Assembly (NCBI GenBank): GCA_963663225.1 | Contig: OY760142.1 | Location: 2,240,001-2,304,000 of the forward strand | Reading direction: 5' to 3' | Length of the DNA: 64,000 bases | Origin: Nitrospirota bacterium | GTDB lineage: Bacteria; Nitrospirota; UBA9217 | Part shown: in pieces, positions 28,083 to 37,619 of the stretch | Layout of the letters: each line of letters opens with the position of its first letter | Numbering within the stretch: the first letter of the stretch is position 1 | Made by a program: the position numbers and the translations under genes | The notes under the pieces: generated by a model | The model's input: the letters and a program-made list of their open reading frames with translations, nothing else | Databases searched by the model: none | What the model was told of the DNA's origin: nothing

Positions 28083-28388
28083 ATGAAGATTGAATGTTAC
28101 CTATCACAAGGTTGCTCTTCTCTTGAAGAGCTAAAAGCAAATATCGAACAGGCGCTTAACATGTCCGGTATTAAAGCGGAGATGTATTATTATCAAATAG
28201 GCGATGAAGAAGCCGCCGAATTAAAACTGGCCGGTTCTCCAACGGTCTTGATAGACGGCAAAGACATTGCCCCGGGTGCAGCGCCGGGATTTTCCTGAAG
28301 AACATACCGTGACGAGTCTGGCAGGCTCGGCAATGTTCCTACGGTTGAAATGCTTTTAAAAGCACTTCTTGTTAGCAAAAAGCAATGA
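28083..28388 (+). CDS. Small thioredoxin-fold putative selenoprotein (101 aa, U72)
   Basis: GC near N-terminus, GSPTVLIDGKD, then GFS-U-RTYRDESGRLGNVPT. This matches the CRxY...G..GVP tail of small Trx-like proteins from mer/metal loci. TGA at 28296-28298. Confidence 0.82.
28313..28329 (+). promoter_or_regulatory. SECIS-like hairpin 5
   Basis: CGAGTCT-GGC-AGGCTCG. Loop begins 20-21 nt after the TGA. Confidence 0.65.
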
Positions 28389-28569
28389 AGTGAGCAGCGA
28401 ATCTCGGTGTCCCATAACTGCTTTATAGTAGAGCAGAGACATCATAAGTTGATCGGCATCAGCAAGGCCCAAGACGTAGTTTGTACATGATACAAATCGT
28501 ATTTAATGATACTTGCGCGTGATCAAAATTGCGGAAAAGCAGGTGAAGTCCGTATCGCATCTTTTTGAA

Positions 28570-28740
28570 TTACAGTGTATTATACGCAGTTTGTAAATAA
28601 GCTACAAGCTGAGTAACTGATTCGTGAAGCGAGTAATGGTTGAAAATTGCAACAAGCAAGCCGGCGACAAGGCAGCCTCCTGCGACCAATCCGAGAAATC
28701 GCGCAATCATCAGCATCATTTGAACATACAGTACCATCAT
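28570..28740 (-). CDS. Small hydrophobic protein (56 aa), absent from ORF track
   Basis: RBS AAGGAGG 8 nt before ATG. MMVLYVQMMLMIARFLGLVAGGCLVAGLLVAIFNHYSLHESVTQLVAYLQTAYNTL. Confidence 0.55.
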   Translation of the reverse strand: MMVLYVQMMLMIARFLGLVAGGCLVAGLLVAIFNHYSLHESVTQLVAYLQTAYNTL

Positions 28741-29095
28741 ACTAGTGTCCTCCTTGCCGGTCGAATATGCGTTTTTTGTTGTTGACCGGTGTGTGCTCCA
28801 GCATTTGTTATTTCACTGTTGATTAAAACATACGTCCTTTGGTCTTCTTTGTAAATGTGGAAGATACTGATGATGTCTCAGGTAAATCCGAAAGCTGTCC
28901 AAAAAAAATTTTATTGGGATCAGAAATGAGGATTGAGCAATGGAAATAGACTACAATGTAACGCGGGAGGAGGGCCTCATGTATTTTCGTTAGAATGAGG
29001 ACCGTGAGGGATGCGTGAAAATCGGGCATTCTCATTGACAGCCCGGAAACAATTGTGATATAGTGCAACGGCTTGAGCAGGATTTTCCCCTCGCC

Positions 29096-29839
29096 ATGAC
29101 CTCTATGAAAAAACTATTCATTATAATAATATTGCTGGCGCTTTTTGCCGGATGCGCTCCGAAAGAACCGCCTTTCAATGCTGCAGCCACGTTCAGCAAG
29201 GGCGAAGAAAACATGCAGAGTGGAGAATTTGAAGACGCGCGCAAAGAGTACCAGGCAATCCAGGAAAAATCACCGGACAGAACCTATGATCCCGTGTTGA
29301 TGCTCAGGATCGCGGATACCTATTTCGGGGAAAAAAATTACAGCGAGGCGCAGGTCGAATATCAGGCTTTTCTCAATTATCATCCCGTGCACAAGGACGC
29401 TGCGTACGCCCAGTTCCAGATTGCCATGTGCAGCTACAGGGAATTGACCAGCATTGACCGTGATCCGGTGCTCAACCAGATTGTGATCAGGGAACTGCGC
29501 AAGCTGAAGGAAAAATATCCACGGAGCAGCTACTCGGAGGACGCGGACACCTATATTGCAAACTGTCTTGACCGCCTTGCGCAGCATGAGTTTTACGTTG
29601 CGAAGTTTTATTACAAGAAGGACGCTTACAAGGCGGCAGCAGGCAGATGTGAAAAGATATTGAAATCCTACCCTGCGTCGTCCGTTGAAAAGGACGCGCT
29701 TTATTATGCTGGTTTGGCCTATGCGGAACTGGGAGAACGGGACCAGGCACGCGTCAAGTTCGAGGCGCTCGCGCAACAGTATCCTGAAATGAAGAAGACC
29801 GCTCAGAGCCACCTGCACAAACTTCAGCAAAATCCTTGA
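29096..29839 (+). CDS. bamD: Outer membrane protein assembly factor BamD
   Basis: Lipobox FAGC, TPR repeats, YQAFLNYHPVH, IDRDP, LAQHEFYVAKFYYKK. Start is ATG 29096 or 29105. Confidence 0.88.
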   Translation: MTSMKKLFIIIILLALFAGCAPKEPPFNAAATFSKGEENMQSGEFEDARKEYQAIQEKSPDRTYDPVLMLRIADTYFGEKNYSEAQVEYQAFLNYHPVHKDAAYAQFQIAMCSYRELTSIDRDPVLNQIVIRELRKLKEKYPRSSYSEDADTYIANCLDRLAQHEFYVAKFYYKKDAYKAAAGRCEKILKSYPASSVEKDALYYAGLAYAELGERDQARVKFEALAQQYPEMKKTAQSHLHKLQQNP

Positions 29840-29852
29840 AGTCCGGTCAGAT

Positions 29853-31532
29853 TCATTTTCTCAAGCCATTTTCCCCCTTATTATTATCAATTTCCCGCTG
29901 CAACAGAGTGTACATTTCTTTTGTGCGACTGCCCGGCTTTGCCGGGCGTTTTTGCTCCCATACAACCTGCCATTCGGGGCCGATCGGCGGTTCCACCTTT
30001 GTGCGGCCGCTTACTGCCAGCACGAGATCACAGTCAGAGACGCCGTTTCGTTCAATCCGACGGGGAATCACTCCGGCATAGTATTCAAGAAGAGCGCGTT
30101 CCGACTCGCCGAGCCCCCAGGACATAATGGATTGGCAGTGCGGCGGGATTTTCTCCTTGAGCGATGTGAACATTGCGCGGTATCCTGATCCGGATTCAAA
30201 CCAGGGAAGCCAGAGGGTCATGAGCAGTCCCCAGACCAGCACGATTCCTGAGGTCCAGGCGGCAAGATAGGAATGATTGTATCGCAACGAACGCGCGGCA
30301 ACAAACAGCCAGAGTGCGGTATACAGACAGGCAACAATGAAATGCAGTCCGATAAACACAGGTACGTAGTCAGGCTGCTGCGAATAGAGACGATTGGCAA
30401 AAGAAGGGGGAAAACCGCTGAGCATCGAGATCCACCCGGCCCAGAGCAGGCAGGTGGCTGCCCCGAATAAGCAGAGAACGGCCCATGTGAGCACTTTTTC
30501 CATGCGAGGAGAAACAGAAGCCGTGCCTGCCGCGGCGAGCAGCGCCAGAGGCAGCAACATGGGGAGCGCGTAGATGTCCCGTATGCTGGACGCGAAACTG
30601 AGAACAATAAGCATTACCAGGAACGCGGTGAGTGAAAGCTGTACTCCTGCGTGCTCACGCCAGGAACGCCGGTTGCTCCAGACAGCCCAGAGCGCAAGAG
30701 GCAGGCTGGGCAGCGCGAAATAGGGGAGTTGGGTCAGATAATACGCCGGTGAATGCCTTTGTCCCACAAGAGAGTTGGTCAGGAACCGGCCGATGTTCTG
30801 CGTCCAGAACCACTCATGAAACAGTTCCGGTGAACGCAGATATAATGCCAGCGGCCACGTTATAAACCAGGGGAGTGAAGCGGCAAGGGCGATGCCCAAT
30901 GCCTGAGCATAGCTTTTTGTGCGCCATGTGTCGAAAACAACCGGTAGAACAAGCGCAACAATGCCGAGCATGCCGGGTGCGAGCAGTCCCTTGGACATAA
31001 AGCCGATGCCCGCTCCCGTTCCGATCAGAATTCCCCCCCATGCGGATTTCCGTCTGCTCACGGCAAAACCGTACAGGGCAATGGAAATGCCCGCAAGCAT
31101 GGCAATGTCCGTGATCAGTTTATGTGCGGTTTCCTGCAGGCCTGCGCTCCCGATCAGAATGATTATGGTGATTCCGAAGAAACCTTTCCCCAGAAGTTCC
31201 CGCGCGGCAAGGCCCAGAAAGAGCGCACACAGGAGCATGTAAAAAGCAGTGGCAAGCCGGGAAGCGTCGTGGGGGGCCAGGCTGGGAGAGAATAGCCGGA
31301 CGAAGCCTGCCGCCGTGATATATAAAAGCGGCGGTTTTTCCATGAATGGTTCTCCCGCAAGGGTGGGAACGACCCAGTCGCCTGTTTTGACGATATGGTT
31401 CACCATGCCGAAGCTGTACGGTTCATCGGCTTTCCAGAGATCGCGTCCCACGAGGCCGGGTGTGATCCATAAAAGAAAGAAAATAAGCACGATGCTGATC
31501 GGTATGGTTTTTTTGACTGTGCTGGAGGTCAT
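29853..31532 (-). CDS. ArnT/GT39 family glycosyltransferase
   Basis: LWKADEPY, GDWVVPTLAGEPFMEKPPL, many TM segments. Confidence 0.88.
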   Translation of the reverse strand: MTSSTVKKTIPISIVLIFFLLWITPGLVGRDLWKADEPYSFGMVNHIVKTGDWVVPTLAGEPFMEKPPLLYITAAGFVRLFSPSLAPHDASRLATAFYMLLCALFLGLAARELLGKGFFGITIIILIGSAGLQETAHKLITDIAMLAGISIALYGFAVSRRKSAWGGILIGTGAGIGFMSKGLLAPGMLGIVALVLPVVFDTWRTKSYAQALGIALAASLPWFITWPLALYLRSPELFHEWFWTQNIGRFLTNSLVGQRHSPAYYLTQLPYFALPSLPLALWAVWSNRRSWREHAGVQLSLTAFLVMLIVLSFASSIRDIYALPMLLPLALLAAAGTASVSPRMEKVLTWAVLCLFGAATCLLWAGWISMLSGFPPSFANRLYSQQPDYVPVFIGLHFIVACLYTALWLFVAARSLRYNHSYLAAWTSGIVLVWGLLMTLWLPWFESGSGYRAMFTSLKEKIPPHCQSIMSWGLGESERALLEYYAGVIPRRIERNGVSDCDLVLAVSGRTKVEPPIGPEWQVVWEQKRPAKPGSRTKEMYTLLQREIDNNKGENGLRK

Positions 31533-31738
31533 ATTTTTTGATTAGAGGTAGAGCGCAACCCAGGATAGGTTGCCTGATTTAATTCAAAACTATACCCGAA
31601 TTTTTAAAGTGGTTCAAGCTTATAATGGCCGGGTGCGGCCTGCTGGTTAAAAAGAAAAGCCCACCTGCTGCAAGCAGGTCGCTTGTTTGCTAAGGTTCAT
31701 TGTGTCAGAGAATCAGAAAGGGATCACACTCATGATGA

Positions 31739-32200
31739 TTATTTTGAGAATGATCGGAACAGATTTTGATCCAACCAGTCTTCAAGCACAATATTCTGGC
31801 GGGGAGCACCGTCGAAACGGTTGATCTGGACGCCGTTGTGGTAGAGTATGAATGTTGGCGTTGCTTTAATGGTAAATCGGCGGGAAAGATCCGGTTCCGC
31901 GTCCACATCGATTTTAATGATTTTGAGGCGTCCGGCGCGTTTTTTCGCGAGTTCTGTTATAAACGGCTCCATCATTCGGCAGTAGCCGCACCATTTTGCC
32001 CAGAATTCCGCCAGCAAAAACTCCGGCCAGTCATGCACCTGCTGGTCATAACTTGCAGAGGTTACATGAATGGGATCGCGAGGCACGTCAAGCAAGGTTT
32101 TGCATTGTCCGCAGACGGGTTGAGCCTGCAACTTATTAATCGGCACGCGATTCAGTGTTTTGCAGGACTTGCATCGTATAATGACCGATTCATTCAGCAT
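31739..32200 (-). CDS. trxC: Thioredoxin 2 (Zn-finger thioredoxin)
   Basis: N-terminal CxxC...NRVP...CxxC and active site WCGYC. Confidence 0.85.
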   Translation of the reverse strand: MLNESVIIRCKSCKTLNRVPINKLQAQPVCGQCKTLLDVPRDPIHVTSASYDQQVHDWPEFLLAEFWAKWCGYCRMMEPFITELAKKRAGRLKIIKIDVDAEPDLSRRFTIKATPTFILYHNGVQINRFDGAPRQNIVLEDWLDQNLFRSFSK

Positions 32201-32512
32201 AATTTTCGGGTAATACTATAAATTAGTATAGCACGATGCACAGTCAATTCCTGTGGCGGGCACTCCCGATATCTGCCGGAAGTGAAGGCACTCAATCCCT
32301 GCGACATGGAATCCCCTGGCTCCTGCCAGGGGAGGAATGCAGTAAGTCGCGGGAGGTCGCGTTTATCAAAGTGCCGGAGGGGACTCCACTCGACGATTAC
32401 GGTTTCTCACCTCCTGTTGTTTATACCCCAAAAATACCCATATATGGCGATTGACGTTATTAGGTGATTTTTATAGAGTTACAGCCATATAGACTAAACA
32501 GGAGGTATATTT

Positions 32513-33316
32513 ATGCGGAATGCATATAATAAAAAGAAAGTTTCGGGAAAAAAAAGGAAAACCACGAATGCTTACGGATGGGTGCCTGACCTGCCTGACC
32601 ATCGTGACTATCTCTACAGTGCAATGCGGCCTGTACCGCCGGCACTTCCGTTGCGAGTTGATTTGCGTTCTTTTTGTTCCAAGGTGGAGGACCAGGGCAG
32701 CTTGGGGAGTTGCACCGCTCAGGCTCTTGTGGGGGCGCTTGAATTTCTCGAAATACAAAATCAGGTTCGGTATGCGGATTTGAGCAGACTTTTCCTCTAT
32801 TATAACGAGCGGGTCATCGAGCATTCCGTGCGGTCGGATGCAGGAGCGATGCTTCGGGATGGAATTAAAACCCTGGCGAAACAGGGTGTTTGTCGTGAGA
32901 AACTGTGGCCATATGTTCCGGAAAAGTTCGCCGCCAAGCCCGGTGCGGGCTGCTATACAGATGCAGAAAATCATCAAATCACTTCGTATCACCGAATACT
33001 TACCCTTGAGGAAATGCGTTCCTGCCTTGCCGAGGGTTTTCCTTTTGTTTTTGGATTTACCGTGTATGAAAGTTTCGAAACGGATGAAATTGCACTGAGC
33101 GGTGTTGTAGATATGCCGCATCCGGACGAACGGGTCGTCGGAGGGCATGCAGTCATGGCTGTCGGATACGATGACGCTGTCAAGAGATTTATCGTGCGAA
33201 ATTCCTGGGGCATACGATGGGGAGTGAAGGGCTACTTTACAATGCCCTATGCGTATCTCGCAGACAGAAATCTTTCGGATGATTTCTGGACGATACGAAA
33301 GGGAGAAAAAATGTAA
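32513..33316 (+). CDS. C1 (papain-like) cysteine peptidase
   Basis: GWVPDLPDHRD, DQGSLGSCT, GGHAV, RNSWG..WG..GYF. Confidence 0.93.
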   Translation: MRNAYNKKKVSGKKRKTTNAYGWVPDLPDHRDYLYSAMRPVPPALPLRVDLRSFCSKVEDQGSLGSCTAQALVGALEFLEIQNQVRYADLSRLFLYYNERVIEHSVRSDAGAMLRDGIKTLAKQGVCREKLWPYVPEKFAAKPGAGCYTDAENHQITSYHRILTLEEMRSCLAEGFPFVFGFTVYESFETDEIALSGVVDMPHPDERVVGGHAVMAVGYDDAVKRFIVRNSWGIRWGVKGYFTMPYAYLADRNLSDDFWTIRKGEKM

Positions 33317-33417
33317 AAGCATCAGAACCCCGGCTTACTTTTTTTAAGAAAAACCGGGCGGTCCTGAAAAATCGTGTTATAATTCAAGCGAACCTGAATT
33401 GAGTTCCTTATGGCCCT

Positions 33418-34386
33418 ATGCATTTTTCACCATCCTATACCATTCTCATCGTGGGTCTTGGCGCTATCGGAACGGTTTTCGCGACACTTCTGAAAAACGC
33501 CGGGCACAGAATTTTTGCCCTCACCCGTGAAAAACAACTCGCAGACTTCAGACAGCGGAAACTCCAGGTCACCGGCATTTGGGGAGAACACGAGGCGCAG
33601 CTTGACGGTCTTTACAACTCTACGGCTCCTCTGCAGCCAGTTGCTTTTGATTTCATTTTCTTGACGGTAAAATCATATGATACGGAATCTGTAATCAGGC
33701 AGCTGAAACCGCTCATACGAGACTCGACGGTTGTTATCACGGCACAAAATGGATATGGCAACTATGAACTCGTGTCTGAAACAATCGGCAGAGAACACGC
33801 GCTCCTTGCCGGCGTCTATTTCGGCGCGAAACTGAGCTCACCCGGCCTGGCGGAAGTCACGGTACTTGCTGATAAGGTGCAGATAGGCCAGCCGCACAAT
33901 GCGGTGCCTCAGGAACGGGTCAGCGGAATCACCGCCGCGATCTCTGCCGCCGGCATCCCTGCCGTGCATGCTACAGATGTGTATGCCGCTCTCTGGGACA
34001 AAATCATTTACAACTCGGCATTGAATCCTCTGGGAGCAATACTGGAGTGCAATTATGGTAAGCTTGTCGCACATCCAGAAACACGCTGGATTATGGACCA
34101 GATCATCAACGAGATATTTCAGGTCGCCCGCGCGCACGGCATCGTCTTGCGATGGTCCTCCCCGCAGGCGTATTACGAGCATTTTTATTCCCGCCTGCTT
34201 CCTCCAACAATCCAACACTTTCCTTCGATGTACTATGACGTCCAGGCAGGCAAACGGCTCGAAATAGATGCATTAAACGGCGCCATTGTCAAACTTGCGC
34301 ATGAGAAAGCGATTAAGGTTCCTGTGAACGAGACCATCACGGGACTTATCAAAGTAAAAGAAGCCATGATCCGGCGGGATGGTTAA
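33418..34386 (+). CDS. panE: 2-dehydropantoate 2-reductase
   Basis: GLGAIG, VKSYD, QNG, WDK...N..LNP, SM..D....EIDALNG. Confidence 0.85.
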   Translation: MHFSPSYTILIVGLGAIGTVFATLLKNAGHRIFALTREKQLADFRQRKLQVTGIWGEHEAQLDGLYNSTAPLQPVAFDFIFLTVKSYDTESVIRQLKPLIRDSTVVITAQNGYGNYELVSETIGREHALLAGVYFGAKLSSPGLAEVTVLADKVQIGQPHNAVPQERVSGITAAISAAGIPAVHATDVYAALWDKIIYNSALNPLGAILECNYGKLVAHPETRWIMDQIINEIFQVARAHGIVLRWSSPQAYYEHFYSRLLPPTIQHFPSMYYDVQAGKRLEIDALNGAIVKLAHEKAIKVPVNETITGLIKVKEAMIRRDG

Positions 34387-34480
34387 GTCGTTGCTCGGAA
34401 TTTATTCTTACGCAAGCGATAAGCCTAAGTGGTTTTTTCTGCGGTTATGATACGGTAAGAAGGATTTCTAAAAGGGGGAA

Positions 34481-35131
34481 ATGAATATGAATGAAGCACA
34501 AACCTGGCATGTAGATGCTCTCGGAGCGAAGGCTGTTGATGCGCTGGTGAAAAACAACTTTAAGGCAGTCTACGCAAAAACGCGCAGCGAAGCGGTGGAA
34601 CGTGTCCTTGCCGCCATTCCGGAAGGAGCAGCAGTGGGCATGGGAGGGTCGTGGACCACGACCGCTGATCTTGCTTTGGGTGACCTGCTGGAAAAACGCG
34701 GTCACACGGTATATAACCATAATAAGCCGGGCCTCACTCCTGAACAGGTTCTGGATTACCGCCACAAACAGCTGTCCTGCGATGTGTTTCTTTCCGGCAG
34801 CAATGCGGTAACACTCGACGGTAAATTGGTCAATGTCGACGGTGTCGGCAATCGGGTTGCCGCCATGATTTTCGGGCCGAAAAAGGTGATCGTCGTCGCC
34901 GGAATCAATAAGATCGTCCGTGATGTTGCGGCAGCCGAAGAGAGAATCGAGCTCTATGCAGCGCCGATTAACAACAAGCGGATCAACAAGCCCAATCCCT
35001 GTACGCAAACCGGCGTCTGCATGCATTGCCAGGGACCGACCAGAATTTGCAATATCACCACGATTATCAGAAAGAAGCCGCCGCTGACTGATTATCATGT
35101 TGTTATTGTCGGTGAGAATCTCGGTTTTTAA
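34481..35131 (+). CDS. LUD-domain (lactate utilization) protein
   Basis: GGS, NAVTLDGKLVNVDGVGNRV, GINKIV, Cys-containing C-terminus. Confidence 0.8.
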   Translation: MNMNEAQTWHVDALGAKAVDALVKNNFKAVYAKTRSEAVERVLAAIPEGAAVGMGGSWTTTADLALGDLLEKRGHTVYNHNKPGLTPEQVLDYRHKQLSCDVFLSGSNAVTLDGKLVNVDGVGNRVAAMIFGPKKVIVVAGINKIVRDVAAAEERIELYAAPINNKRINKPNPCTQTGVCMHCQGPTRICNITTIIRKKPPLTDYHVVIVGENLGF

Positions 35132-35190
35132 TGCTGCATATGCGGTTGGCGCCTGCCTGCTGCACATTTAAAATCCTGCGATACCGCTAA

Positions 35191-35227
35191 GAAGCCTGGG
35201 AAGCCTAGAACCCGGGTTTCTTTTTTT
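35191..35227 (+). terminator. Intrinsic terminator
   Basis: GAAGCCTGGG-10 nt-CCCGGGTTTC followed by T7. Confidence 0.7.
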
Positions 35228-35369
35228 GGGGAGGGAGAAGAAATATATATTTCTGATTCATCTTGTCCATTCTTCGTGCCATATTTTTCGCTGATTTCTG
35301 CCTGAATGCTTTAAGTACCGAATAAAAAACTGTTGCAACAAAGTGATGGATATTGTATATTTTTATATT

Positions 35370-36629
35370 ATGATGACAATTACTGAAAAAATTCTAGCCG
35401 CGCATTGCGGCAAAAAAGAAGTTGTTCCCGGCGAATTGATCAACGCAAAACTGGATCTGGTGCTTGGAAATGACATTACTGCGCCGATTGCAATCAAGGA
35501 GTTCCGCGCTTCCGGTGCTAGGAAAGTGTTTGATCCGGGAAGGATTGCATTCATTTGCGACCACTTTACGCCGAACAAGGACATCGCATCCGCAGAGCAG
35601 TGCAATATGATCCGACAGTTCGCCCGTGAATATAATCTTTCGCTCTTTTTCGATGTGGGGAAAATGGGTGTTGAGCACGCGCTCCTGCCGGAACAGGGGC
35701 TCGTCGTCCCGGGCGATGCAATGATCGGTGCCGACAGTCATACCTGCACCTACGGCGGACTCGGGGCTTTTTCCACAGGCGTTGGGAGCACCGACCTGGC
35801 CGCTGCGATGATTACGGGCGAATCCTGGTTCAGGGTTCCTGAAAGCATGAAGTTTGTTTATAAAGGCAAGCCCGGCAAGTGGGTGGGCGGCAAAGACTTA
35901 ATCCTTCGCACTATCGGCGATGTCGGGGTTGATGGTGCGCGGTATCGCGCGATGGAGTTTACCGGAGAATCTATCAGAAAGCTTTCCATGGCGGGCCGTC
36001 TGACCATGTGCAATATGGCCATTGAGGCTGGTGCCAAGAATGGGATTGTCGAACCGGATGAAATCACGGAAAAATATGTGGCCAAGCGCGCGAAGCGTAA
36101 ATATAAGTTTTACAAAAGCGACCGGAAGGCGAACTATATCGACGTACGCGAATATGATCTGAGCGGCATGGAACCGCAGATTGCCTGCCCTCATCTGCCG
36201 GAGAATGTAAAGCCCGTGAGCGAATTGGCCTCGGTCAATATCGACCAGGCCATGATCGGGTCCTGTACAAACGGAAGAATTGAGGACATCAGGGAGGCGG
36301 CAAAAGTCATTAAAGGGCATAAAGTCCATCCCTATGTCCGCATGATTGTGATTCCGGCGACACAGGCAGTGTATAAACAGTCCATCAAGGAAGGTCTCGT
36401 GGACATATTCATTGATGCGGGCGCGGCCTACAGCACGCCGACGTGCGGCCCCTGCCTTGGCGGTCATATGGGTGTTCTGGCTGCCGGGGAGCGCGCTATC
36501 AGTACATCGAACCGGAATTTTGTAGGCAGGATGGGGCACACAAAAAGCGAAGTATACCTTTCCAACCCCGCAATCGCGGCAGCTTCTGCCGTGTTGGGCA
36601 GAATTGGAAGACCTGAAGAACTGCGGTAA
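35370..36629 (+). CDS. leuC: 3-isopropylmalate dehydratase large subunit
   Basis: [39 protein letters not shown]. Confidence 0.92.
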   Translation: MMTITEKILAAHCGKKEVVPGELINAKLDLVLGNDITAPIAIKEFRASGARKVFDPGRIAFICDHFTPNKDIASAEQCNMIRQFAREYNLSLFFDVGKMGVEHALLPEQGLVVPGDAMIGADSHTCTYGGLGAFSTGVGSTDLAAAMITGESWFRVPESMKFVYKGKPGKWVGGKDLILRTIGDVGVDGARYRAMEFTGESIRKLSMAGRLTMCNMAIEAGAKNGIVEPDEITEKYVAKRAKRKYKFYKSDRKANYIDVREYDLSGMEPQIACPHLPENVKPVSELASVNIDQAMIGSCTNGRIEDIREAAKVIKGHKVHPYVRMIVIPATQAVYKQSIKEGLVDIFIDAGAAYSTPTCGPCLGGHMGVLAAGERAISTSNRNFVGRMGHTKSEVYLSNPAIAAASAVLGRIGRPEELR

Positions 36630-36668
36630 ACACTTCCGCGCATAAAATACGGAATAAAAGAGGATTGC

Positions 36669-37169
36669 ATGAAATTTACTGGCAAAGCATGGAAATTCGG
36701 CTCAGATGTCGATACGGACGCTATTATCCCTGCACGCTATCTGAATACTTCAGATCCGAAGGAACTGGCCGTACACTGCATGGAAGATTCAGTGCATCCC
36801 GACTTTGCCGAAAAAATGAAGCCGGGAGACATTATTGTTGCGGATAAAAATTTCGGATGCGGGTCTTCCCGTGAACACGCGCCGATCGCAATAAAAGCGG
36901 CAAACGTATCCTGTGTTGTCGCGAAAAGTTTTGCCCGGATTTTTTACCGGAATTCATTCAACATGGGGCTGCCTATTTTTGAAAGCACGGAAGCGGTGGA
37001 TGGTATCGGAGAGGGCGACGAAATAGAAGTTGACGCCGACAACGGCGTGATCCGCAATCTGACCACGAACAGGGAATTTACCGCTACGCCGGTGCCGGTG
37101 TTCATGCAGGAGTTGGTTGCAGCCGGCGGGCTCATGGCGTATACGAAGAAAAAAGCAAAACTTGACTGA
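36669..37169 (+). CDS. leuD: 3-isopropylmalate dehydratase small subunit
   Basis: DTDAIIPARYL, NFGCGSSREHA, SFARIFYRN. Confidence 0.93.
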   Translation: MKFTGKAWKFGSDVDTDAIIPARYLNTSDPKELAVHCMEDSVHPDFAEKMKPGDIIVADKNFGCGSSREHAPIAIKAANVSCVVAKSFARIFYRNSFNMGLPIFESTEAVDGIGEGDEIEVDADNGVIRNLTTNREFTATPVPVFMQELVAAGGLMAYTKKKAKLD

Positions 37170-37619
37170 GTTCTGCATTGATGGAGATGCAGAAGCAGGT
37201 TTCAGCACAACGGACTATTGGAAGGTGAAGTTTGGTGCCGAGAGGTGTATCAGTATTGCAGGCGGCGGCCTTTCTGCGCCGGAGATTTTTGCACGCCGCC
37301 CATATCCCCTTCAGTTGAGTGATTTCCAGTCATATTCATCTTGCAACAATCGGTGCCTGTTTTACCCGCACGTGTTCACCCGTCAGGGATAACTTTCCAG
37401 CGTTTCGTCCGAAAGGGAACGAATCGCGATCAGAAACAAAGCAGGAAACAGAGGGACGTTTCGGAGCATGCATCAGTTTGATGCTCCATATGCTGCCTGC
37501 GTTGTTGTTCCTCGCGGGGAATTGCGCTGCCTGCAATTCCCCTGGCTGCATTGCTGAATATTGAGCCGGAGCAATCCAGAAACGATACAAGCTCAACCGA
37601 TTTCAGGAGGGAGATTGAT

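Noticed and set aside
25850-28388. Internal TGAs explained by pseudogenisation or a reassigned genetic code (UGA = Trp/Gly)
   Set aside because: Five lesions that are all TGA, mostly in Cys contexts and each followed by a positioned hairpin, are unlikely to be random decay. TGA is a normal stop elsewhere in the window (dtd, bamD, leuD, leuB).
32362-32410. SAM-I riboswitch-like start (TTATCAAAG...GGAGGGGAC)
   Set aside because: Downstream conserved elements (GCAACC, GGTGC, closing GAT of P1) are not present.
35131-35227. 19-codon ORF ending just before a terminator upstream of leuC (attenuator?)
   Set aside because: Only three scattered Leu codons and no clear antiterminator. Better explained as the terminator of the LUD gene.
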